This document shows, in pieces, positions 49,701 to 61,737 of a stretch of DNA of 64,000 nucleotides. The notes under the pieces were generated by a model that was not told the DNA's origin, ran no database searches, and saw nothing but the letters and a program-made list of their open reading frames with translations. The DNA is taken from contig CM059449.1 in NCBI GenBank assembly GCA_030390025.1, forward strand, positions 2,232,001-2,296,000, in the 5' to 3' direction. The stretch's first letter is position 1; the number at the start of each line of letters is the position of its first letter. Made by a program: the position numbers and the translations under genes. The stretch is from Squalus acanthias (lineage: Eukaryota).

Positions 49701-52700
49701 AGACAGGGAGGGTTGTCGGGCTGGAGGAGATTGCAGAGGCAGGGAGGGTTGTTGAGGCTTGATGATACAGAGATAGGGATGGTTGTAGTGCTGGAGGAGG
49801 ATACAGAGATATGGATGGTTGTGGGGCTGGAGGAGGTTACAGATATAGGGTGGGTTCTGGGGCTGGAGGAGTTTACCGAGATAGGGAGGCTTGTAGGGCT
49901 GGAGGAGGTTACAGAGATAGGGATGGTTGTCGGGCTGGAGGAGGTTACAGAAATAGGGTGGGTTGAAGGGCTCGAAGAGGTTATAGAGATCGCGAGGGTT
50001 GTTGGGCTGGAGGTGGTTACAGAGATAGGGAGGGTTGTAGGGCTGGAGGAGGTTCCCGAGATAGGGAGGGTTGTACGGCTGGAGGAGGTTACAGAGATAG
50101 GGAGGATTGTCGGGCTGGAGGAGGTTACAGAGATAGCAGGGTTGTAGGGCTGGAGGAGGTTCCAGAGATGGGGAGGGTTGTAGGGCTGGAGGAGGTTACA
50201 GAGATAGGGAGGGTTGTAGGGCTGGAGGAGGTTACAGAGATAAGGAGGGTCGTTAGGGCTGGAGGAGGATACAGAGTTAGGGATGGTTGTCGGGGCAGGA
50301 GGAGGTTACAGAGATAGCGAGGGATGTCGGGGCTGGAGGAGGTTACAGAGATAGGAAGGGTTGTTGCACTGGGGGAGGTTACAGATAGGGTGGGTTGTGG
50401 GGCTGGAGGAGTTTACAGAGATAGGGAGGGATGAAGGGCTCGAAGAGATTACAGAGATAGTGAGGGTTGTAGGGGCTGGAGGAGGTTACAGAGATGGGGA
50501 GGGTTGCAGGGCTGGAGGCGGTTACAGAGATAGGGAGGGTTGTAGGGGCTGGGGAGGAGGTTACAGAGATAGTGAGGTTTGTGCGACTGGAGGAGGATAC
50601 AGAGATAGGGAGGGTTGTAGGGCTGGAGGAGGTTACAGAGATAGGGAGGGTTGTAGGGCTGGAGGAGGTTACAGAGATAGGGAGGGTTGTAGAGCTGGAA
50701 GAGGTTACAGAGATAGGGAGGGTTGTCGGGGCAGGAGTTGGTAACAGAGATAGGGAGGTTTGTCGGGCTGGAGGAGGTTACCGAGATAGGGAGGGTTGTA
50801 CGGCTGGAGGAGGTTACAGAAATTGGGAGGGTTGTCGGGCTGGAGGAGGTTACATTGATAGGGAGGGTTGCAGGGCTGGAGGAGGTTACAGAGATAGGGA
50901 GGGTTGTCGGGCTGGAGGAGGTTACAGAGCTGGGGAGGGTTGCAGGGCTGGAGGAGGTTATATAGATCGGGAGGGTTCTCGGGCTGGAGGAGGTTACCGA
51001 GATAGGGAGGGTTGTTGGGCTGAAGGAGATTACAGAGATAGGGAGGGTTGTAGGGCTGGAGGAGGTTCCAGAGATAGGGTTGGTTGCGGGCCAGGAGGAG
51101 GTTACAGAGATAGCGAGGGTTGTTGGGCTGGAGGAGGTTACAGAGATAGGGTTGGTTGTGGGCCAGGATGAGGTTACAGAGATAGCGAGGGTTGTTGGGC
51201 TGGAGGAGGTTACAGAGATAGGGGGGGCTGTACGGCTGGAGGAGTTTACAGAAATAGGGAGGATTGTCGGGCTGGAGGAGTTACCAAGATGGGGAGGGTT
51301 GTAGGGCTGGAGGAGGTTTCAGAGATAGGGAGGGTTGTAGGGCTGGAGGAGGTTACAGAGCTAGGGAGGGTTGCAGGGCTGGAGGAGGTTACAGAGATAG
51401 GAAGCGTTTTAGGGCTGGAGGAGGTTACAGAGATAGGAAGGGTTGTTGGACTGGAGGAGGTTACAGAGATAGGGAGGGTTGTCGAGCTGGAGGAGGTTAC
51501 AGAGATAGGGTCGGTTGTGGTGCTGGAGGAGGTTACAGAGATAGCAGGGCTGTTGGGCTGGAGGAGGTTTCAGAGATAGGGAGGATTGTGGGGCTGGAGG
51601 AAGTTTCAGAGGCAGGGAGGATTGTACGGCTGGAGGAGGTTACAGAAATAGGGAGGGTTGAAGGGCTGGAGGAGGTTACAGAGATAGGGAGGGTTGTAGT
51701 GCTGGAGGAGGTTACAGAGATACGGAGTGTTGTCGGGGCTGGAGGAGTTTACAGAGATAGGGCCGGTTCTGGGGCTGGAGGAGGTTCCAGAGAAAGGGAG
51801 GTTTGTGGAGCTGGAGGAGGTTCCAGAGATAGGGTGGGTTCTGGAGCTGGAGGAGGTTAAAGAGATGGAGGGCTGTAGGGCTGGAACAGATTACGGAGAT
51901 AGGGAGGGTTGAACGGATGGAGGAGGTTACAGAGATAGCAGGGTTGTAGGGCTGGAGGAGGTTCCAGACATGGGGAGGGTTGTAGGGCTGGAGGAGGTTA
52001 GAGATGGGGAGGGTTGTCGGGGCAGGAGGAGGTTACAGAGATAGTGATGGTTGTAGTGCTGGAGGAGGATACAGAGATATGGAGGGTTGTGGGGCTGGAG
52101 GAGGTTACAGAGATAGGGTGGGTTCTGGGGCTGGAGGAGGTTACCGAGATAGGGAGGCTTGTAGGGCTGGAGGAGTTTACAGAGATAGGGTGGGTTGTGG
52201 GGGTGGAGGCGGTTCCAGAGATAGGGCGGGATGAAGGGCTCGAAGAGGTTACAGAGATAGTGAGGGTTGTAGGGGCTGGAGGAGGTTACAGAGATAGGGA
52301 GGGTTGCAGGGCTGGAGGCGGTTACAGAGATAGGGAGGGTTGTAGGGGCTGGAGGAGGTTACAGAGATAGGGAGGGTTGTATGGGCTGGAGGAGGTTACA
52401 GAGTTATGGCTGGTTGTAGGGCTGGAGGAGGTTACAGAGATAGGGAGGTTTGTCGGGCTGGAGGAGGTTACCGAGATAGGGAGGGTTGTACGGCTGGAGG
52501 AGGTTACAGAAATTGGGAGGGTTGTAGAGCTGGTGGAGGTTTCAGAGATAAGGAGGGTTGTAGGGGCTGGAGAAGGTTACTGAGATAGGGAGGGTTGTAC
52601 GGCTGGAGGAGGTTACAGAGATAGGGAGGGTTGTCGGGCTGGAGGAGCTTACAGAGAGAGGCAGGGTTGTCGGGCTGAAGGAGGTAACAGAGCTTGGGAG

Positions 52701-54670
52701 GGTTGCAGGGCTGGAGGTGGTTACAGAGACAGGGAGGGTTGTAGGGATTGGAGGAGGTTACAGAGACAGCGAGGGTTGTAGGGCTGGAGGAGGTTACAGA
52801 AATTGGGAGGGTTGTCGGGCGGGAGGAGGTTACAGAGATAGGGAGGGTTGTAGTGGCTGGAGGATGTTACAGAGCTGGGGTGGGTTGCATAGCTGGAGGA
52901 GGTTATAGAGATAGGGAGGGTTGTCGGGCTCGAAGAAGTTACAGAGAAAGGGAGGGTTGTTGGGCTGGGGGAGTTTACAGAAATAGGGAGGGTTACAGAG
53001 AATGGGAGGGTTGTCGGGCTGGAGGAGGTTACAGAGATAGGGATGGTTGTTGGGCTGGAGGAGGTTTCAGTTATAGGGAGGGTTGCAGTGCTGGTGGAGG
53101 TTACAGAGATAGGGAGGGTTGTAGGGGCTGGAGGAGTTACCAAGATGGGGAGGGTTGTAGGGGCTGGAGGAGGTTACAGACATAGGGAGGGTTGTTGGGC
53201 TGGACGAGGTTTCAGAGATAGGCAGGGTTGTAGGGCTGGAGGAGGTTACAGAGCTCGGGAGGGTTGTAGGGCTGGAGGAGGTTACCGAGATAGGGAGGGT
53301 TGTAGGGGCTGGAGGAGGTTACAGAGATAGTGAGGGTTGTGGGACTGGAGGAGGTTTCAGAGATAGGGTGGGTTGTGGGGCTGGAGGAGGTTACAGAGAC
53401 AGGGTTTGTTGTAGGGCTGGAGGAGTTTACAGAGATATGGCGGGTTCTGGGGCTGGAGGAGGTTACAGAGACGGTGATTGTTGTAGGGCTGGAAGAGATT
53501 ACGGAGATAGGGAGGGTTGTAGTGCTGGAGGAGGTTACAGAGATAGGGAGGGTTGTCGGGCTGGAGGAGGTTACCGAGATAGGGAGGGTTGTAGGGCTGG
53601 AGGAGGTTACAGAGATAGGGATGCTTTTAAGGGCTGGAGGTGGTTACAGAGATAGGAAGGGTTGTTGTGCTGGAGGAGGTTACAGAGATGGGGAGGGTTG
53701 TTGGACTGGTGGAGGTTACAGAGATAGGGAGGGTTGTTGGGCTGGAGGAGGTTACAGAGATAGGGTCGGTTGTGGTGCTGGAGGAGGTTACAGAGATAGC
53801 AGGGCTGTCGGGCTGGAGGAGGTTTCAGAGATCGGGAGGATTGTGGGGCTGGAGGAAGTTTCAGAGGCAGGGAGGATTGTACGGCTGGAGGAGGTTACAG
53901 AAATAGGGAGGGTTGAAGGGCTGGAAGAGGTTACAGAGATAGGGAGGGTTGTGGGGCTCGGGAAGGTTACAGAGATAGGGAGGGTTGCAGGGATGGAGGA
54001 GATTACAGAGATAGGGAGGGTTGAAGGGATGGAGGAGATTACAGAGATAGCAGGGCTGTAGGAGGTTTCAGAGATAGGGAGGATTGTAGTGCTGGAGGAG
54101 GTTACAGAGATAGGATGGGTTCTGGAGCTGGAGGAGGTTTAAGAGATGGAGGGCTGTAGGGCTGGAACAGATTACATTGATAGGGAGGGTTGTAGGGCTG
54201 GAGGTGGTTACAGAGATAGGGTGGGTTGTGGGGCTGGAGGAGGTTACAGAGATCGGGAGGGATGTTGGGCTGGAGGAGGTTACAGAGACAGGGAGGGTTG
54301 TAGGACTGGAGGGGGTTACAGAGATGGGGAGGGTTGTGGGGCTGGAACAGGTTACAGAGATAGGGAGGGTTGTAGGGCTGGAAGAGGTTACAGAAATAGG
54401 GATGGTTGTGGGGCTGGAGGAGGTTACAGAGATAGGGAGGGTTGTAGGGCTGGAGGAGGTTACAGAGATAGGGAGGTTTGTGGGGCTGGAAGAGGTTACA
54501 GAGATAGGGCGGGTTCAGGGCTGGAGGAGGTTACAGAGATAGGGAGGGTTGTAGGGCTGGCGGTGGTTACAGAGATAGGGAGGGCTGTAGGGCTGGAGGA
54601 GGTTACAGAGATAGGGAGGGTTGTGGGGCTGGACGAGGTTACAGAGATAGGGAGGGTTGTAGGGCTGGAG
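28772..54670 (+). repeat. Right 36/37-bp tandem array, ~23 kb excluding the CR1 insert, with higher-order repeats
   Basis: Consensus GGGAGGGTTGTAGGGCTGGAGGAGGTTACAGAGATA. Confidence 0.98.
41808..44381 (-). mobile_element. CR1-D': 5'-truncated sister copy of CR1-D inserted in the array
   Basis: ORFs 42341-44344 and 41880-42416 are nearly identical to CR1-D; ~13-bp deletion at ~42416; splits an array unit GGGTGGGTT|CTGGGG. Confidence 0.95.
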
Positions 54671-57600
54671 CATATACATAGATACATAGAAGATAGGAGC
54701 AGGAGTAGGCCATCCGGCCCTTCGAGCCTGCTCCGCCATTTAATGAGATCATGGCTGATCCTCCAATTCAGTATCCCGTCCCCGCCTTCTCTCCGTAACC
54801 CTTAACCCCTTTTGCCTGTAGAAATATATCTAATTCCCTCTTAAATATATTTAATGAGCTGGCGTACACTGCCCTCTGTGGCAATGAGTTCCACAGGTTC
54901 ACCACCCTCTGAGTGAAGAAATTCCCCCTCATTTCTGTCCTAAATGGTTTAGCCCTTATCCTTAAATTATGTCCTCTAGTTCTGTTCTCACCCGCCAAGG
55001 GAAACATTCCTTCTGCATCTTGTCTGTCTAGACCTGTCAGAATTTTATACACTTCTATGAGGTCCCCTCTCAATCTTCTAAACTCCAGTGTGTACATCCC
55101 TAAACTACATAGTCTCTCCTCATAGGTCAATCCCGCCATTCCTGGTATCAGCCTGGTGAATCGCCGCTGCACCCCCTCCATGGCAAGAACATCTTTCCGC
55201 AGATGAGGCGACCAAAACTGTACACAGTACTCGAGGTGTGGTCTCACCAGTGCCCTGTACAGCTGCAGCAAGGTATCCCTGTTCCTGTATTCCAACCCTT
55301 TTGCTATGAAGGCCAGCATACCGTTTGCCTTCTTGATCGCCTGTTGCACCTGCATGCTCGCCTTCAGTGACTGGTGTACAAGAACACCCAGGTCTCTCTG
55401 TACTTCCCCCTCTCCCAATTTATTGCCATTTAAATAATAATTTGCCCTCCCGTTCCTGCACCCAAGGTGGATAACTTCGCACTTGTCCACATTATAGTGC
55501 ATCTGCCATTTATCCGCCCAATCACCCAGTCTGTCCAAATCGCTCTGGAGCTTCCTGGTCTCCTCCTCTGAGCCCACCCCCCCTCCTAGTTTAGTGTCGT
55601 CTGCAAATTTGGAAATGCTGCATCCGACTCCCTGATCCAGGTCATTAATGTAAATTGTGAACAGCTGGGGACCCAGGACAGATCCCTGTGGTACCCCACT
55701 TGTTACTGCCTGCCATTCAGAAAATGAGCCGTTTATTCCAACTCTCTGTTTTCTATCTGACAGCCAGTTCTCTATCCACGTCAATACTTTCCCCTTTATC
55801 CCATGAGCTTCAATTTTCCCTGCTAATCTTTTATGTGGGACCTTATCGAAGGCCTTTTGGAAGTCCAGGTACACCACATCTACTGGCTCTCCCCCATCTA
55901 TTTTACCAGTTACTCCCTCAAAAAATTCCAATAGATTAGTCAAGCACGATTTACCCTTTGTAAATCCATGTTGACTCTGTCCTATCCTGTCCCCATTTGC
56001 TAAGTGCTCCGCTATTTCATCCTTAATGATGGACTCCAGCATTTTGCCCACAACTGATGTAAGGCTTACAGGTCTGTAATTACCTGCTTTTTCCCTACCC
56101 CCCTTTTTGAATAGTGGGGTAACGTTAGCTACCCTCCAATCCATGGGCACTGTTCCCGAGTCTAATGAATTCTGAAAAATCATACTTAGTGCATCCGCTA
56201 TCTCTAGGGCCACCTCCTTCAGCACCCTAGGATGCATGTTATCAGGCCCTGGGGATTTGTCCGCCTTCAATCCCTTTAGCTTCCTTAACACCATATCCTT
56301 AGAGATATTGACTTGCGTCAGTTCCTCCTTTGCAAATGTCCCTATTTTTCCCGATATCCCAGGGAGGTTTTTTGTGTCTTCCTTCGTAAAGACTGACCCA
56401 AAGTATGCATTTAGTTGGTCTGCCATTTCCTTATTTCCCGTTATATATTCCCCCGTATCTGACTGCAATGGGCCAACTTTGGTTTTCACCAGTCTTTTCC
56501 TCTTGATATACTTATAAAAGCTTTTGGAGTTAGTTTTTATATTTTCCGCCAGCTTGCTTTCGTAAGCTATTTTGCCCCTCTTGATTAAGCCCTTTGTCCT
56601 CCTTTGCTCTATCTTAAACTGTTCCCAATCTTCCGCTCTGGCGCTTTTTTTGGCTATTTTATACGCCCTATCTTTGGATTTTATGCTGTCTCTAATTTCC
56701 CCTGTTATCCACGGTTGAGTCACCTTTTTAGATTTCCTTTTATGCCAGATTGGTATAAACAATTTTTGCAATTTTGTCATTCTATCTTTAAATGCTTGCC
56801 ATTGTTTATCTACCTCCAGTCCTCCCAGGAACGTTGTCCAATCAGACCTACTCAGTTCCCGTCTAATGGCATCATAATTCCCCTTATTTAAATTCAGGAC
56901 CTTAGTATCTGAGTCAATTTCTTCGCTCTCCATTTCGAGTGAGAAATCGATCATGTTATGATCGCTCTGACCCAAGGGTCCCCGTACAACAAGATTACTA
57001 ATTAGTCCCTTCTCATTGCACAGTACCCAGTCCAATATAGCCTGTTCCCGAGTTGGTTCCTCGACATATTGATCCAGATAACCATCCCTTAAACACTCAA
57101 GGAATTCCTCCTCCTCATTATTTTTACTGATTAGGCTATTCCAATCTATATGTAAGTTAAAGTCACCTATGATGACAGCTGTGCTCTTATTGCACGCTTC
57201 TCTAATTTCCCTCGTGATGCCCTCCCCAACCTCTATTTTACTATTTGGAGGCCTATATACCACTCCTATTAATGTTTTTCGCCCCTCGCTATTTCTTAGC
57301 TCCACCCATATAGATTCTGTATTAACTGAGCTAATATCCTTCCTTTCAATTGCATTTATCCCTTCTTTTACCAGCAATGCTACCCCTCCTCCCTTTCTTT
57401 TTTGTCGATCCTTCCTAAATACTGAATACCCCTGTATGTTAAGCTCCCAGCCCTGCTCACCCTGCAACCATGTTTCCGTAATCCCAATTAGATCATAATT
57501 ATTAACCTCTATTTCCACAGCTAATTCATCTACCTTGTTCCTGATGCTTCTCGCATTAAGGTATAAAACCCTCAGGCTTTTTTTATGCTCACATTTTTTA

Positions 57601-58615
57601 TGAATTAGTTTGGCCCTTTTGTTTTTTGTTCCTCACCCTTTTACCATTTATTTCTGTCTGCCTTTCACTTTCCTCTATTTCACTACATAGGTTTCTAGCC
57701 CCCTGCCATACTAGTTTAAATGCTCCCGAACTGCTTTATCAAAAATTACCCCGAGAACATCAGTTCCATCTTTGCACAGGTGTAGACCGTCCCTTTTGTA
57801 TAGGTCACACCTACCACAAAACTGGTTCCAATGCCTCAAAAATTTAAAACCCTCCCTCTTACACCACTGCTCAAGCCACGTATTTAGCCTAACTATCCTG
57901 TTCTCTGTACTCTTACTAGCACGTGGCACTGGTAGTAATCCAGAGATTACTACCTTCGAGGTCCTACTTTTTAGCTTGGCTCCTAACTCCCTAAATTCTA
58001 CTTGTAGGACCTCTTCCCTTTTTTTAGCTACGTCGTTGGTACCAACATGTATCACGACAACTGGCTGTTCCCCCTCCCCCTCCAGAATGTTCTGCACCCG
58101 CGCCGAGACATCCTTGACCCTTGCACCAGGGAGGCAACATACCATCCTGGAGTCTCGGTCGCGACCACAGAAACCCCTATCTATTCCCCTTACAATCGAA
58201 TCCCCTATTACTATAGCCCTGCCACTCTTTTTCCCTCCCTTCTTTGCAACAGAGCCAGTCATGGTGCCATGAGCCTGGCTGCTGGTGCCTTCCCCCGATG
58301 AGTCATCCCCCCCGACAACAGCACCTAAGGCGGTGAACCTGTTGCTAAGGGAGACAACCCCAGGGGATTTCTGCACTACCTTCCTGCCCTTGCTCTGCCT
58401 TTTGGTCACCCATGTACTATCTACGTTGGCCTTAACCTGCGGTGTGACCAACTCACTAAATGTGCTATCCACAACCCTCTCAGAATCGTGGATGCTCCAA
58501 AGTGAGTCCATCCGCAGCTCAAGGGCCGTCATGCGGTCCCACATGAGCTGCAGCTGGACACACTTCCCGCACACATGGTTGTCAGGGACACAGGAAGCGT
58601 CCCTGATTTCCCACA
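54671..58615 (-). mobile_element. CR1-C': near-identical inverted copy of CR1-C, truncated in the ORF1 N-terminus
   Basis: ORFs 57711-58655 and 54768-57518 differ from CR1-C by a handful of residues; there is one extra T at ~57620. Confidence 0.95.
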
Positions 58616-58888
58616 GATCCAGGTTTGACCCTCCCTGACCCCCGGACGCTTTCACTCTCCGCCATTAGCTGCGGCCTTCGCCCTTTCTGCACTTTGCTGT
58701 GTTCAGTTGGGAGATACCCGGGAGGCTCGATCTGCTTCATGTTGTTTTCCAGAACCATTTTTTGAGCAGTCACAAAGTTTGCAATAACAATTTTCAGATA
58801 AGGATACGGGGATGGTGCCAGAGGACTGGAGAATTTCAAATGTTGCACCCTTGTTCACCAGGGTTTATTCTTACACCAAAGGGTGTAC

Positions 58889-59073
58889 TCTTTTGGGTAT
58901 GAACAAATAAACTGTAAATTAAAAAAAATACATTAAATGAAATTTAACAAATTAAATTGAAATTTGGTTGTCCGGGGTGATGAAGCACTCCAGTCCCCAT
59001 GGTGCCCATTGGTCGCAGAAGGCCTCGAGCGAGCCGGCGGAGACTGCTTGCTCCATCTCCAGGGCCACCCATC
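58889..59073 (-). mobile_element. Tx1-clade LINE 3' end
   Basis: Minus strand reads WVALEMEQAVSAGSLEAFCDQWAPWGLECFITPDNQISI* (stop at 58952-58954), resembling the Tx1 ORF2 C-terminus from recall. Flanked by AAAGGGTGTA direct repeats. Confidence 0.7.
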
Positions 59074-59523
59074 AAAGGGTGTAAGGACAAACTCAGACAC
59101 TACAAGCGAGTCAGTTTAACCTCGGTAGTGGTGAAGCTTTTAGAAACGATAATCCGGGACAAATTAACAGTCACTTGGAGCAGAATGGATTAATTAAGAA
59201 AAGCCAGCATGGATTTGTTTAAGGCAAATCATGTTTAACTAACTTGTTTGATTTTTTTGAAGAGGTAACAGAGGGTCAATGAGGGCAATGCGGTTGATGT
59301 GGTGTACATGGACTTCCAAAAGGCGTTTGATAAAGTGCCACATCATAGGTTTGCCAGTAAAGTTGAAAACCATGGAATAAAAGGGACAGTGGCTGCATGG
59401 ATACAAAATTGGCTATGTGAAAGGAAACAGAGAGTAGTGGTGAACGGTTGTTTCTCGGACTGGAGGAAGGTATACAGTGGTGGTCCCCAGGGGTCGGGAC
59501 TTGGACCACTTCTTTTCTTGATA

Positions 59524-59830
59524 CAGGTTGAGCATCCGGAATGTTCCGGACTCCGGGACGATTGGTGGCAGGGTCGTCCGGAATCCGTAAAATGTTCCGG
59601 AATCCGGACACCCTGAGGGAGGCTTACCAAAAACCGGAAATATTGCAACCTGGGCCCAGGCATTTCCAGACTCGGCACATGTTTCTGATGTCCGAAGTCC
59701 GGAAATATCCCAACCTGGGCTCGGGCGTTTCCGGACTTCGGACATCAGAAACACGTTCCGAAGTCCGGAAAAACCCGAAAACTGGCTCGGCCTCGGTCCC
59801 GAGGTTGCCGGATTCGGGACGCTCAACCTG
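59524..59830. mobile_element. Tc1/mariner (Tigger/pogo-type) MITE, 307 bp
   Basis: TIRs CAGGTTGAGCATCC / GGACGCTCAACCTG, TA TSD on both sides, no transposase. Confidence 0.9.
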
Positions 59831-60228
59831 TATCTATGAATGATTTGGATGTACAGGGCATAATTTCAAAATTTGCAGATGAGACAAAACTTGGAAGTAC
59901 AGTGAAGAGTGAGGAGGATAGTGATAGACTTCAAGAGGACATAGACAGGCTGGTGGAATGGGTGGACACGTGGCAGATGAAATTTAACGCAGAAAAGTGC
60001 TAAGTGATACATTTTTGTAGGAAGAATGAGGAGAGGCAATATAAACTAAATGGTACAATTTTAAAGTGGGTGCACGAACAGAGAGACCTGGGGGTATTTA
60101 TGCACAAATTGTTGAAAGTGGCAGGGTAGTTTGAGGAAGCAGTTAAAAAAGCATGTGGGATCCTGGGCTTCATGAATAGAGACGTAGAGTACAAAACGAA
60201 GGAAGATAAGATGCACTGGTTCGGCCTC

Positions 60229-60672
60229 AAAAAAAAAAGACTTACATTTATATAACGCCTTTCATGACCACCGGACATCTCAAAGTGCTTTACAGTCAAT
60301 GTAGTCCTTTTGAAGTAGAGTCACTGTTGTGATGTGGGAAACGCGGCAGCCAATTTGCACACAGCAAGCTGCCACAAACAGCAATGTGACAATGACCAGA
60401 TGATCTGTTTTTGTTATGTTGATTGAGGGATAAATATTGGTCAGGATACCAGGGAGAACTCTCCTACTCTTCTTTGAAATAGTGCCGTGGGATAGGGCAG
60501 ACGGGGCCTCGGTTTAACGTCTCATCTGCAAGACGGCACACTCCGACAGTGCAGCACTCCCTCAGCACTGCACTGGAGTGTCCGCTTTATGTGCTCAAGT
60601 ACCTGGAGTGGGACTTGAACCCACAACCTTCTGACTCAGAGGTAATTGTGCTACCAACTGAGCCACAGCTGA
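60229..60672 (-). mobile_element. tRNA-derived SINE (probably Deu-domain type with an L2-like tail)
   Basis: Minus strand has A box TGGCTCAGTTGG, B box GGTTCAAGTCC and tail AAAGGCGTTATATAAATGTAAGTC; it splits CR1 at CGGCCTCAA|CTGAAGTATTG. Confidence 0.8.
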
Positions 60673-61195
60673 AGTATTGTATCCAATTCCAGGCACCACA
60701 CTTTAGGAAGGATGTGAAGGCCTTAGAGAGGGTGCAGAAAAGATTTACAAGAATGGTTCCAGGGATGAGGGAATTACGTGGATAGACTAGAGAAGCTGGG
60801 GTTGTTCTCCTTAGAGCAGAGAAGGTTGAGAGATTTGATAGATGTGTTCAAAATCATGATGGGTCTAGACAAAGTAGATATAGAGGAACTGGCGGAAGGG
60901 TCGAGAACCAGAGGACACAGATTTAAGGTGATTGGCAGAAGAACCAAAGGCAACATGAGTAAAAACTTTTTTACGCAGCAAGTGGTTAGGATCTGGAATG
61001 CACTGTCTGAGAGAGTGGTGGAGGCAGATCCAATTGTGGCTTTCAAAAGCGAGCTGGACAAGTACTTGAAGGAAAGAAAATTGCAGGGCTGCAGGGAAAA
61101 GGTGGGTGTGTGGGACTCGTTGAAGTGCTCTTGCAGAGAGCCAGCACGGACTTGACGGGCTGAATGGCCTCCTGTGCTGCAACCATTCTATGATA

Positions 61196-61650
61196 AGGAG
61201 CATCTTAATGGAGGAGAGAGAGGTGAAGAGGTTTAGTGAGGAAATTCCAGAGCTTAGAACCCAGGCAGCTGAAGGCATGGCCGCCAATGGTGGAGCAATG
61301 AAGAGGCCAGAATTGGCGGAACGCAGAGATCTCGGATGGTTGTAGGGCTGGAGGAGGTTAGAGATAGGGAGGGGCGAGGCCATGGAAGGATTTTTACACA
61401 AGGCTGAAGATTTAAAAATCGAGGCGTTGCTCGACTGGGAGCAAATGTAGGTCAGTGAGCAGAACTTGGTGCGATTTACGATACGGGCAGCATGTTTCTG
61501 GATGAGTTCAAGTTTATGGAGGGTGGAAGATAGGAGGCCAGCCAGGAGGTAGGGGCACCGAGATCTCAGAGGGTTTTAGGGCAGGAGGAGGTGACAGAGA
61601 TGGGGAGGTGCGAGGCCATGGAATTTGAAAACAAGGGTGAGAATTTTAAA
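61196..61650 (-). mobile_element. L2 LINE ORF2 C-terminal fragments (two partial copies)
   Basis: Degenerate LAPPYL-NLLQPYNHPRSLRSANSGL..AFS..WN.L motif; a second copy at 61553-61650. Confidence 0.8.
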
Positions 61651-61737
61651 ACAGATAAAGGAGAATTGTTGGGACTAATCTATATGGCAACTTGGATAAA
61701 TTCCTGTTGTATCTTACAATTAATTCCTTCCACTCAC

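Larger units (their letters stand above)
58800..61195 (+). mobile_element. Degraded CR1 (CR1-A-like) interrupted by Tx1, a MITE and a SINE
   Basis: VSLTSVVVKLLETIIRD, YMDFQKAFDKVPH, LEKLGLFSLEQRRLR and a 3' UTR. Confidence 0.88.

Noticed and set aside
28772-54670. CRISPR-like or telomeric array
   Set aside because: Units are head-to-tail with no unique spacers, there are no cas genes and there is no TTAGGG.
24795-54805. Dozens of repetitive ORFs (GLEEVTEIGRVV, AGGGYRDREGCR, PISVTSSSPTTL)
   Set aside because: They are by-products of a 36-bp unit with stop-free frames; frequent frameshifting indels show no frame is maintained.
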